Assembly: GCA_021820465.1 (NCBI GenBank) | Contig: JAKADP010000006.1 | Location: 425 to 64,424, forward strand | Length of the DNA stretch: 64,000 bases | Direction of reading: 5' to 3' | DNA from: Bacillota bacterium | Lineage (GTDB): Bacteria; Bacillota; Sulfobacillia; Sulfobacillales; JAIMBI01 | Shown here: piece after piece, positions 9,610-18,519 of the stretch | Layout: each line of letters begins with the position of its first letter | Numbering within the stretch: the stretch's first letter is position 1 | The notes under the pieces: generated by a model | Seen by the model: only the letters and a program-made list of their open reading frames with translations | Databases searched by the model: none | What the model was told of the DNA's origin: nothing | Translations under genes and position numbers: made by a program

Positions 9610-12600
9610 ATGGATCGCAGTTTTTGGCATGGCGTGCAATTTTGGGTGGAGGCGCTGGATACCTGGGCCGTGGTGAGCCGGGTGGACGTGGAGGCGGCTA
9701 CCGTCCAGTACCGGGGACCGGCGGGCGTGGTGGCGGAGGAGCCCGTGGCGTGGGGCAGCGCCTGGTCGCATCCCGACGCCACGATGGCGGTGCTGAGTGC
9801 CCAGGTGGCCGTGCCCCCGGGCTCGGCCCGCCTGCTGGTCGACGTAGACGGTGAGGCGCTGCTGCGCGTGGACGGCCAGCCCGCCTGGGGGGTGAACCCC
9901 AACCATCGGGAAGCCGACTTGTCGCCGGAGGCCGGGCGGACTGTGGCCCTCACGCTGGAAGTGGTGCCGCGCGGCGCCTTTGGGCGGCCGCTGGCCAACC
10001 CCCAGCTGCGATCGATGGTGCTCCTGTCCATCGACCCTGCCATCGAGCGGGTCCGGTGGGACCTAGCGGTGCTGCGGGAGCTGGGCATGCGCAGCGCCAC
10101 GCCGCTGGCGGTGCGCAACTGGCTGTATTCGCGCGTGCTGGCGGTGGTGGGCCCGCTCATGGCGCTAAGCCCCGATTGGGCGGTGTGGGAGGCGCGGGAG
10201 CGCCGTCGGGCGGACGCCTCCGTGGAGGCGGGGCTGTACCAGCGGCTGGTGGCCCATCCAGGGCCGGTGGTGGGGCTGGAGAAGCTGGACCGCGCGGAGG
10301 CGACCCGCGCTATCCGGGCCGTGGGGGAGCGGCTCACAGCGCTTCGGGCCGAACTGGAGGCCAGCTGGCCCGAGGGGGTGGGGCGGCTGTTGGCCATCGG
10401 GCACGCGCACATCGACCTCGCGTGGCTCTGGCCGATTGGCGAGACCCGGCGAAAGATTTTGCGCACGGTGGCCACCCAAGACCGGCTGCTGGCGGCGGTT
10501 CCCGACTGGGGCTATCTCATGTCCAGCCCCGAGATGTGGCGGGGCGTGCAGGAGGGGGAGCCGGGTCTCTTCCAGCGCATGCAGGTCCAAACGCGGGCGG
10601 GTCGCCTGCAGCCGGCCGGCGCGACGTGGGTGGAGTGCGACGCCCAGCTGCCGTCGGCAGCAGCCGTGCTGCGCCACCTCAGGTACGCCGGCCGCTACTT
10701 CATGGCCGAGGCGCGCCAGCGCCCCCGCGTGGCGTTCTTGCCCGACACGTTTGGCTTTGCCGGCGGCTGGCCGACGCTGCTGCGGCTGGCCGGCGTCGAG
10801 ATGATGGTGACCACGAAGCTCCTGTGGAACGACACGACCCGATTTCCCTACACGGACTTTGGGTGGGTTGGGCCGGACGGCAGCCGGGTGGCGGTGCAGC
10901 TTTACGGCGGCGCGGCTGCGGGGTACAACGGCGATGGCACCCTGGGCGACTTGGACCGCGCGTGGGCCAACTACGAGGAGCGCGGCGGCACCGGCCGGGT
11001 TTTGTACACATTTGGCTTCGGAGACGGCGGCGGCGGGCCTACCCGCGAGATGCTGGAGCGCCTGCGCCGCTATCGGGGGCTGCCGCTCGCACCCCGCATT
11101 GAGTGGGGAACCTTGGAGGACCTCATTCCCGAAGAGCGGACGCTCAGCACCTGGCCCCAGCATCGGGGCGATCTGTATCTCGAGTACCACCGCGGGGTCT
11201 TTACGACGCAGACGGCGGTCAAGCGGGGAAATCGCCGCTTTGAGACGCGGCTGAACGCTGTGGAAGCCTGGTTGGCGCTCCTGGGCCGCGGGACCGATGG
11301 CATGGAGGATGCGTGGCGTCGGGTCCTTCGCAACCAGTTTCACGATATCCTGCCCGGCTCGTCCATTGCCGAGGTTTATCGAGACTGGCGGGACGACATG
11401 GCACAGGTGGCGTCGGTGGCTGATACCAGCTGGGCGTCCGTCAAGGCGTCTCTCCCGCTCGCCGGACCGGGTGATGTCCTCACCGTAGCCAATGCGGCGG
11501 GGGCCGCGGTGCCCGCCTCCCTCCAGGTGTTTCAAGCGGCCGGGCCCGTCGCGGTCGAGGTGGAAGGTGTCTGGCGGCAGGCCGAGCCGACGCACGACGG
11601 TCGGTATGTGGTGCCCGTGCCCGGGCAGTCGGCGCTGTCGGTGGCCCGCTATCCCGTGCGGGCCTCTGCGGCGGCCACCCCCTCCGCCGAGGCTCCCGCG
11701 TCGGAGGGGGATGCGGTGGCGGTCCCCCTGCCCCATGGACGGGTGGTGGTGGGACCCGAAGGCATCCGGAGTCTGGTGCACCAAGAGCGGGAGCTGCTGG
11801 CCGGGCCGTCGGGGGTGCGGGGCTACCTGGATCACCCGGCCCACTACGACGCGTGGGAGCTGTCGCCGCAGTACCGCGAGACCGAGGTGCCGTGGCACCA
11901 CGATCCGCTGGCGGTGGTGGAGCACCACGCTTGGCGGACCGTGGTGCGGCTCGTGCACCGCACGGGCTCCACGGTGGTCACGGAGCATGTGGCGGTGGAC
12001 CGCGTGCATGGGCGCGTGGCCACAGAAATCACGGCGGACGTGCGCGACCGGCACCTGGTGGTGCGCTGGGAGCTGGATACGACACTTCAGGCGGCGGCCG
12101 CCGAGGCCGAGGGCCTCTGGGGGATGTCGCGGCATCCGACGGTGCCCGAAGGGGAAAACGACGTGGCGGCCTTTGAGTGGGTGGCGCACCGCTTCGCCTC
12201 CCTGGCGGAGCCGGGGGCGGGCGTGGCCATCGCCAATGACGGCCGCTACGGCCATTCGGTGGACGGGGGCCGGCTGGGCGTCACCCTGTCCACCGCTCCC
12301 CTCTACCCGGACCCCGACGCGGACCAGGAGCCAGCGCCCGTCAGCCTCCTGATTGTGCCGCATGACGGCACGTGGGCCACGCCGGCCGTCCACGGGACGG
12401 CGCAGGGGTGGTCGCACGGCCTGGAAGCGGCGGTCGACACGCAGGCCGCACCTGGCCTGTATGCGCCGCTGGCGTCGCTGCCGCCCAATGTGCTGGTGCT
12501 GGGCCTGTGGCCGGCGTCGGACCAGTCGGGCGACCTAGTGCTGGCCCTGGGAGAGGCGTACGGCCGGCAGACGGACGCGGCCGTCACGCTGCCCATCCCG

Positions 12601-12753
12601 GGCGCAGGGGCGACGAGTGTGGACCCGGTCACCGAGGAGCCCAACGACGGCACGCGGGTGCGGTGGGACGCCGAGCGCCGCGAGGCGACGGTTAGCCTTT
12701 CGGCGTTTGGCATCGGGGTGCTGCGCTGGCAGGCAGCCTCGCCCCGCGCGTAG
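9610..12753 (+). CDS. GH38-family alpha-mannosidase
   Basis: About 1047 aa. GHAHIDLAWLWP and FLPDTFGF motifs of the GH38 N-terminal domain. CAGGAGG precedes ATG 9610. Confidence 0.85.
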   Translation: MDRSFWHGVQFWVEALDTWAVVSRVDVEAATVQYRGPAGVVAEEPVAWGSAWSHPDATMAVLSAQVAVPPGSARLLVDVDGEALLRVDGQPAWGVNPNHREADLSPEAGRTVALTLEVVPRGAFGRPLANPQLRSMVLLSIDPAIERVRWDLAVLRELGMRSATPLAVRNWLYSRVLAVVGPLMALSPDWAVWEARERRRADASVEAGLYQRLVAHPGPVVGLEKLDRAEATRAIRAVGERLTALRAELEASWPEGVGRLLAIGHAHIDLAWLWPIGETRRKILRTVATQDRLLAAVPDWGYLMSSPEMWRGVQEGEPGLFQRMQVQTRAGRLQPAGATWVECDAQLPSAAAVLRHLRYAGRYFMAEARQRPRVAFLPDTFGFAGGWPTLLRLAGVEMMVTTKLLWNDTTRFPYTDFGWVGPDGSRVAVQLYGGAAAGYNGDGTLGDLDRAWANYEERGGTGRVLYTFGFGDGGGGPTREMLERLRRYRGLPLAPRIEWGTLEDLIPEERTLSTWPQHRGDLYLEYHRGVFTTQTAVKRGNRRFETRLNAVEAWLALLGRGTDGMEDAWRRVLRNQFHDILPGSSIAEVYRDWRDDMAQVASVADTSWASVKASLPLAGPGDVLTVANAAGAAVPASLQVFQAAGPVAVEVEGVWRQAEPTHDGRYVVPVPGQSALSVARYPVRASAAATPSAEAPASEGDAVAVPLPHGRVVVGPEGIRSLVHQERELLAGPSGVRGYLDHPAHYDAWELSPQYRETEVPWHHDPLAVVEHHAWRTVVRLVHRTGSTVVTEHVAVDRVHGRVATEITADVRDRHLVVRWELDTTLQAAAAEAEGLWGMSRHPTVPEGENDVAAFEWVAHRFASLAEPGAGVAIANDGRYGHSVDGGRLGVTLSTAPLYPDPDADQEPAPVSLLIVPHDGTWATPAVHGTAQGWSHGLEAAVDTQAAPGLYAPLASLPPNVLVLGLWPASDQSGDLVLALGEAYGRQTDAAVTLPIPGAGATSVDPVTEEPNDGTRVRWDAERREATVSLSAFGIGVLRWQAASPRA

Positions 12754-12774
12754 CGCCAACCAGGGAGAGACGCT

Positions 12775-14178
12775 GTGGAGCCAACACGGGTCGACACCGG
12801 GGCCGTGCCACCGCTGGTGCGGGCGGTATGGGAGCTCCTGGCGCCTGCCGGCCCCACCTACGTGGTGGGGGGCGCCGCGCGGGACCTGATTCGCGGCCAG
12901 ACGCCGCACGATTGGGATATGGCCACCCGGCTGGCGCCTGACGACACGGTGGCCCTCGTGCGCCGGGCGCACCCCGAGTGGGCGCTGGGGTACGCCGGCA
13001 TCCGGTGGGGCACCGTCGTGATCCGCGGGGCCGACGGAGCCGGTGCCGTCGAGGTGACCAGCTTTCGCGCCGACGGGGTGTACCGGGATGGACGGCGGCC
13101 CACGTCTGTGCGGTTTGGCACGTCGTGGGCCGAGGACGCGTCGCGGCGGGACTTTACCATGAATGCGCTGGCTATTGACCTCGACGGCCACGTGGTGGAC
13201 ACGGTCGGCGGGCTCGCGGATCTAGCCGCCGGCCTCGTGCGCTCGGTGGGAGCGGCCGTCGACCGCTTTCGCGAGGACCCGCTCCGCATGTGGCGGGCGG
13301 TGCGCCTCTTGAGCCAGGGACCGTTTCACCTGGAGGAGGCCACCGCCCGCGCGATACGCGCGGAGCGCCCCCGCTTGGCGGTCGTGGCGGCGGAGCGGCA
13401 GGGCCAAGAGCTGAGCCGCCTTTTGGCCGCTCCCGACCGAGACGCCTTGGGCCGTGCGCTGGCCGTCCTGCAGGAGCTGGGCGTGTGGGACATCATCTGG
13501 CCCGAGTGGGCGGTGGCGCGTGGGTTTCCTCAAAACGGCCCTCCCGTCGATGCGCACTGCCTGGCCACGGCGGCATTCCTGCCCCCGGAGCTCAGGCTCG
13601 CGGGGCTGCTGCACGACATCGGCAAGCCCGTGTGTGCCCGACAGAATGCGGCCGGGTCGTGGCGGTTTGACGGGCACGAGCAGGTGAGCGCGGTGTGGGC
13701 GGCTGACATGTTGCGCCGCATGCGATTTCCCGCACGGACGACGGAAGATACGGCGTGGCTGGTGGCCCACCATGGATTCCGCTGGCGCCGCGCCACCCCC
13801 ACGGCGCTGCGGCGCCTCTGGGCCGGCGAGGGCGCCGGCCGCGTCCAGAGCCTGCTGGCGCTGTATGAGGCGGATGTGGCCGCATGGGGCGGACGGCTCC
13901 CGGCCCACCCTCGCACGCTCGCCGCCAAGCTGGAGGCGGCCGTCACCACCGATGCCCCGTATGGGCTGGATCTGGCCTGTACGGGCGACGATGTGCGGGA
14001 GTGGCTGGGGCTTGACCGCCCGAGCCGCGCCGTGGGCTCGGTGCTGGCGCATCTCCGCCGCGTGGTGATCGTGCATCCGGAGAACAACCATCGCGAGGCG
14101 CTGCGCCGGGAAGCACTCCAGTGGCAGCGCCGCCATGGGGAAGGTGCGCCGGCTCCGCCGCGGAGACCCGGCCCATGA
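12775..14178 (+). CDS. cca: CCA-adding enzyme / poly(A) polymerase-family nucleotidyltransferase with HD domain
   Basis: N-terminal GGAARDLIRG...DWD nucleotidyltransferase head and LLHDIGKP HD motif. GTG start. Confidence 0.8.
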   Translation: MEPTRVDTGAVPPLVRAVWELLAPAGPTYVVGGAARDLIRGQTPHDWDMATRLAPDDTVALVRRAHPEWALGYAGIRWGTVVIRGADGAGAVEVTSFRADGVYRDGRRPTSVRFGTSWAEDASRRDFTMNALAIDLDGHVVDTVGGLADLAAGLVRSVGAAVDRFREDPLRMWRAVRLLSQGPFHLEEATARAIRAERPRLAVVAAERQGQELSRLLAAPDRDALGRALAVLQELGVWDIIWPEWAVARGFPQNGPPVDAHCLATAAFLPPELRLAGLLHDIGKPVCARQNAAGSWRFDGHEQVSAVWAADMLRRMRFPARTTEDTAWLVAHHGFRWRRATPTALRRLWAGEGAGRVQSLLALYEADVAAWGGRLPAHPRTLAAKLEAAVTTDAPYGLDLACTGDDVREWLGLDRPSRAVGSVLAHLRRVVIVHPENNHREALRREALQWQRRHGEGAPAPPRRPGP

Positions 14179-15263
14179 TCTGTGAGATGCAGCCCGTGCG
14201 GGCGCTGCCGGCGCCTGGGGCGCACCCGTGTGGGCTCGCCTGGGATGGGAGCGCCCTCTGGTATTCCGACGGGGACACGCACCGGCTAAGCCGGCTCGAC
14301 CCAGAGACGGGCGCTGTGTTGCAGGAGCACCAGCTGGACGCCGCCCAGTATCCGGTGCGGCCGGGGCTGGCGTACCGGCAGGGCCTGCTCTACCAAGTGG
14401 CGGGGCGCCCGACAAGCCTCGTGCACGTCGATGCCGCGACGGGAGACGCCCAGGATTTGCGTCTGCTGGGCGAAGACGTGTGCGGCATGGCGGGAGAGGG
14501 ACTTGTGCTGTACCTGCTGCGCCGCGGGCCGGGTCTCCTGGAAGCGCAGGAGTGGGGTTCGGGGGTAGTTCTGGGAAGGTGGCCCACCACGGCCACGCCC
14601 GGTGCGCTGGCGCTGGTGAAGGGGCGGTGCGTGTGGGTGGACGTCCCATCGGGGGCGCTTCACGTGTTTGACGGCGGCGCCCTGGAGGATTCCACCGCTC
14701 GTGAGGCCATAGGAGGGCCGCCCGCGGCCATGGCGTGGGGCGCGGGACGCCTGTTTGTCAGCGACGGCGCGGGTCGGCAGATACGCGTCTTTGCGGGGCC
14801 CGCCCTTCCCACCCCAATGCTCCCCGCCGTCGACGCCGGTCTGGTGCGCCTAGACGCCCGCGAGATGTTGTGGACCCGCGCCGAGATTGCCGCCGCGCTC
14901 GCCCCGTCGCTGTTCGAGCCGACGGAGGCCGACCTGGACCAGGTGCTGAACGAGTATCAGGCGTGGCCACACGCCCTGTATGGGCTGGCCGAGGCTGGGC
15001 GCCTTGTCGGCGTGGTGGGGCTTGACTTTCGCGATCCCGGCCTCGTCGAAATCTCCCATCTGGCCGTAGAGGCGTCGCACCGTGGTGAGGGCCGCGGCCG
15101 TAGGCTGGTGGAGAGCGTCCAGCGCGCGGTGGCTTCCCGCGTGTGTTGGCTGACGACTGACGACGATGCCGTCGGATTCTACCGCCGGCTGGGCTTTGCG
15201 GTCCACTCGCTTGGGGAGCGGTACCCGGGGCGCGAGCGGTTCTTGGCGTTGCGCTCCCGCTAG
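14175..15263 (+). CDS. fusion protein: beta-propeller-like N-domain + C-terminal GNAT acetyltransferase
   Basis: ATGA overlap with the cca stop (14175-14178). The N-terminal 220 aa has repeated WYSDG/LFVSDG-type blades. The C-terminus carries HLAVEASHRGEGRGRRLV...FYRRLGF (GNAT). Confidence 0.65.
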   Translation: MICEMQPVRALPAPGAHPCGLAWDGSALWYSDGDTHRLSRLDPETGAVLQEHQLDAAQYPVRPGLAYRQGLLYQVAGRPTSLVHVDAATGDAQDLRLLGEDVCGMAGEGLVLYLLRRGPGLLEAQEWGSGVVLGRWPTTATPGALALVKGRCVWVDVPSGALHVFDGGALEDSTAREAIGGPPAAMAWGAGRLFVSDGAGRQIRVFAGPALPTPMLPAVDAGLVRLDAREMLWTRAEIAAALAPSLFEPTEADLDQVLNEYQAWPHALYGLAEAGRLVGVVGLDFRDPGLVEISHLAVEASHRGEGRGRRLVESVQRAVASRVCWLTTDDDAVGFYRRLGFAVHSLGERYPGRERFLALRSR

Positions 15264-15858
15264 CGGCCTTCGCCGGACCAGTGCGGGCGGCTGCAGTGCG
15301 CGAAGCCCACGAAGAATTGGGGATCCACGTAGCATGGGGCCTTTGCGACCCGACGCGCGGTTTTGTCCACCCGGCGCCGACACCGCACCCGACGAGAGCC
15401 TGCGGCCGTACAACCGTGTCTGCCGGATCTCGGGACAGGGCCAGAATACGTCGGTGCCGGCGACGTGCGGGCTTGCGTGCCCCGACGCGTGACGCTTCGG
15501 TCCCTCGCGGAGTACTCGGAGCACCCGGAGTACCATGTCCATCTGCGCGCCGTGGCCGAGGCTCTGGCCGTGCACGCCAAGGCATGGCCCGTCGGCGGCC
15601 CGGCTACCGCTGTCGTCAATTGACGCACAACCACCTTGATGTCGTCCGCCACCGGACTAAAGCGAACGTGTTCTTCCGCCTGGCCAGAGGGCGGCACGAA
15701 ACCAGCAGCCTTGCGCTCCCCGCGAACAAGGTAAGTGGCGGATGGAGAGCAGTCCTCAGCGAGCCGGTGTTAGCGACTGCGATCCTGGATGGCTCCGGAA
15801 GCGGCGATCTTCGCCGACTCCACCCCACGCGCGCCGACGAAAAGACCCGACGTGTGGT

Positions 15859-16196
15859 CTATCGTTTCGCCTCCGGAGGCCGATCCTCCAGCGCCATACT
15901 ATCGATTAAGGCATTTATGCTTCGGAGCAGGACCGGGACATCGGTCTGCACAATGTCCCACACCTGTTCGAGATGCACATCAGCGTACCCATGGATCAAG
16001 AGGTTCCGAAGCGCCTTGGTGTGGCGCCAGGGGATCGCCGGGTGCCGGGCCTGCACAGTGGGATCTATTCGATTGCCAGCTTCGCCGATGATCTCCAGCT
16101 GCCGAATCACCGCACGTTGTTTTCGTCGTTCTCCGCGAACGCCTCCCAGGAGACCCCACCGGTATAGCGCTCAATGCGCTGACAGGCGTCCCGCAT
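15859..16196 (-). pseudogene. hepT: HepT (DUF86/HEPN) toxin gene split by a 1-nt frameshift
   Basis: The C-terminal frame 15859..16110 encodes IRQLEIIGEAGNRI and RNLLIH (the Rx4H HEPN motif). The expected N-terminal helix (MRDACQRIERYTGGVSWEAFAENDENNVR) is in another frame from ATG 16196 and stops at TGA 16107-16109. Confidence 0.7.
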
Positions 16197-16584
16197 GTGG
16201 ATGAGATACAGTAGCGCTTGGTGTTGCGACGTAGATAACCACCTTCCTGTTGAGGACGTCCTGGGCAATCAGGGGATGCAGGGAATCGGCCGGGACAAGA
16301 TCGACTGGTCGATGGAGGAGGTCTTCCAGCGCGAATTGCATGTCGAAAAGCTCGAAGAGCCTTAAAAACGGGCGGTTGGGTTGGAAGGTAATCAACACGT
16401 CAAGGTCGCTCGCCGCCGTGAAATCGTCGCGCAGGACGGACCCGAAGAGGGCAAGTTCCAGCGCCTGGTGGCGCTCCGCAATCGCTGAGAGGGCCGCTGC
16501 ATCGATGGCAATCGGCAGATAAGTCGGAACGTGGACTTGGCCCACCGATGTCTCCCCCTTCCGCGCCGCAGTGAATGCTGTCAT
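16171..16584 (-). CDS. mntA: MntA-type minimal nucleotidyltransferase antitoxin
   Basis: LFGSVLRDDFTAASDLDVLI (GS...DxD nucleotidyltransferase motif). The 3-prime end overlaps the hepT reading frame. Confidence 0.8.
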   Translation of the reverse strand: MTAFTAARKGETSVGQVHVPTYLPIAIDAAALSAIAERHQALELALFGSVLRDDFTAASDLDVLITFQPNRPFLRLFELFDMQFALEDLLHRPVDLVPADSLHPLIAQDVLNRKVVIYVATPSATVSHPHAGRLSAH

Positions 16585-16875
16585 TCTACGACGGGAGTCC
16601 GAGTGCTACGCCGGGAGATCACGCTCGTGTGTGGCGACATACGGAGCCCACCGCTACCCGACACCTCGGGTGGTCGCGATATGCGGAGACAGCACGGTGG
16701 CTGGGCAAGATGTCGAGCTGTGCGCCGGCCACGCGCAGGACAGACTCGAGCAGGTGGCCGACGCACGGCGTTCTGGCCCTCCGGCACGCCCACCCGGATG
16801 CGCCTTGTCTCATGACGGCCCCGTCGCATCCGAGCAAGCTGCCGCTGCGGCGACGGCGGACGCGACTCGCTGGAT

Positions 16876-17340
16876 CTACCCGCGAGCCGTGCCCACCTGG
16901 CTTGCCGCCGCGCAGTCGGCGCAGAGCCCGTGCAACTCAACCTGGTGGAAGTTCACGCGGCACTGGTTGTCTCGCCCCAGCTGGGCCATCGCTTCGGTCA
17001 AGTCGCAGTTGTAAAGATCCACCACGCGCCCGCAGCCAGTGCACACCAGGTGGTCGTGGTGAGATCGAAATGGCTCGCGCAGCTCGTAGCCGACGGATTG
17101 GTGGTCCACCAGCACCGGATGTGTCACCCCAATGGCGGAGAACACTTCGACGATGCGGTACAGCGTGGGCACGCTCAAGCCATCGTCCGACAGGTGTGTG
17201 GCCAGCTCGGGCACGGACAGCGGGCGCGCGCTTTGCAGCAAGGCGCGAAACACCGACAGGCGGTTCGGGGTCACGCGCAGCTCGTGCGTCTGCAGTCGTT
17301 CACGCAGCAAAGCCTCCGCGTCCGAGTTCAGCACGCTCAA
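16876..17340 (-). CDS. Fur-family metal-responsive transcriptional regulator
   Basis: 154 aa. Winged-helix N-domain (PTLYRIVEVF), then HHDHLVCTGCG...LCADC metal sites. 4-nt overlap with the upstream transporter gene. Confidence 0.85.
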   Translation of the reverse strand: MSVLNSDAEALLRERLQTHELRVTPNRLSVFRALLQSARPLSVPELATHLSDDGLSVPTLYRIVEVFSAIGVTHPVLVDHQSVGYELREPFRSHHDHLVCTGCGRVVDLYNCDLTEAMAQLGRDNQCRVNFHQVELHGLCADCAAASQVGTARG

Positions 17341-18224
17341 CTGGTCACCTCCTTGCCCTCGATGCCGTGGGGAGGCGGTTCCGTGAAGCGCCGGGCCGCT
17401 TCAGTGCGGCTGGACCAAAAGGCCCAGACTGCCACACCAAACAGTGCGGGCACCGCCAAGAAAAATCCGGCCCCCAAGTTGTGAAGGTTGTGCACATGAA
17501 TCGGCGTCACAATTACCATATGCGAGACGAGGCCCGGTGCCAAGATCCCCAGGCCCGCGACCGCCATAAACGCGAGGCCTCCCCCCGTGAGCGTCTTGCC
17601 GCTCATGGAGCGGGCGACAAATTCGCGCGCGGCGGCGGTCAGACGGCGGCGAGCCATCCACGCCCCAAACGCGCTGCCCAGGATCATCTGCATCACCATG
17701 GTGCCCAGTCCGAACAGGAGGCCCGGCACCCAGCCCAGCCAGGCGCTGGGCATCGTCGGGGCCAGCACCGTGTAAATGATGATGGCGAACGCTCCGACGC
17801 CCCACCCGGCGATGAAGCCGTGCACCAGCGGCATGTAGGGCGGGGCCGGCCGCGGCCCGTCGCTCGGGCCGTGCCGGCCGGCAGACCAGTGCAGGGGGTG
17901 GCCGCGGTGCAAGATGTACAAGCCCGACGCCGCCATGACCAAACCCACCACGGCGTACACGTCGTACTGCCACCGCGTGGCAAATTCGAAGCTGGAGAGT
18001 GCCAAAAAGGCGAGCTCCGACGCAATCGCCCGCTGGAGGGTGAACGCCGCTGAAAACAGAAAGCCCACGCGGCGGCCGGCCCGGCTTGAGTAGCTGCCCA
18101 CCGCATAGCTGAACGTGATCGGCCACGTGTGCTCGTCCGGGGTGATGCCGTGCACCATGCCCAGCAGGAGCGCCGTGGGCAGCACCAGCAACAGGGTGAG
18201 GTGATCCGGGCTCCAGAGATTCAT
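17337..18224 (-). CDS. polytopic membrane protein, putative metal transporter (NiCoT-like H-x4-D-x-H signature)
   Basis: 295 aa with about 7-8 TM helices. VHGITPDEH in TM1, a His-rich loop HRGHPLHWSAGRH, and IHVHNLHNLG. GAGGAGG precedes ATG 18224. Co-transcribed with the Fur-family gene. Confidence 0.55.
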   Translation of the reverse strand: MNLWSPDHLTLLLVLPTALLLGMVHGITPDEHTWPITFSYAVGSYSSRAGRRVGFLFSAAFTLQRAIASELAFLALSSFEFATRWQYDVYAVVGLVMAASGLYILHRGHPLHWSAGRHGPSDGPRPAPPYMPLVHGFIAGWGVGAFAIIIYTVLAPTMPSAWLGWVPGLLFGLGTMVMQMILGSAFGAWMARRRLTAAAREFVARSMSGKTLTGGGLAFMAVAGLGILAPGLVSHMVIVTPIHVHNLHNLGAGFFLAVPALFGVAVWAFWSSRTEAARRFTEPPPHGIEGKEVTS

Positions 18225-18251
18225 GGCTCGCCTCCTCGCCGCCATTCTGCC

Positions 18252-18305
18252 GCACATGAAAATAAATTGCATGTGCAGTATGTCGGCATGTGAGGGCGGT
18301 GTCAA
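18252..18305 (-). promoter_or_regulatory. promoter plus inverted-repeat operator of the transporter/Fur operon
   Basis: On the minus strand: TTGACA (18305-18300), a 17-nt spacer, CATACT (18282-18277). Immediately downstream is GCACATG-N11(AT-rich)-CATGTGC (18252-18276). Confidence 0.5.
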
Positions 18306-18519
18306 GCGGTCGCCGCTGAAAATCATGGCAGCGCGATAGTTGCTGCCATGGCGTTGTGGCGTCCTCCGCATTTTCTGGCCACCCGGAGCGGGCGCCTTCC
18401 GTGTTGGGGTCCACTCACCCCATGGTGCTGGGTGGCGGTCCCGTGGTGGCTCGCGCCTCTGGGGACGCAAGTCAGGCCCGAGCATCGCTCGGGCCTGACT
18501 CTGCACGGGGCGCCGGTGT

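Noticed and set aside
10165-12417. 750-aa minus-strand ORF
   Set aside because: It lies antisense to the GH38 mannosidase, which has clear family motifs. The composition is Arg/Pro/His dominated.
15281-15700. Nudix-box-like peptide AAVREAHEELGI immediately after the GNAT-fusion stop, plus overlapping 145-aa and 241-aa minus-strand ORFs
   Set aside because: The upstream half of the Nudix box (G-x5-E) is missing, the frame degenerates into Arg-rich sequence, and the minus-strand ORFs look like artefacts. At most this is a gene relic, so I did not call a feature.
16575-18053. 492-aa plus-strand ORF
   Set aside because: It overlaps the Fur-family and transporter genes on the opposite strand. 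The translation is Arg-rich with no motifs.
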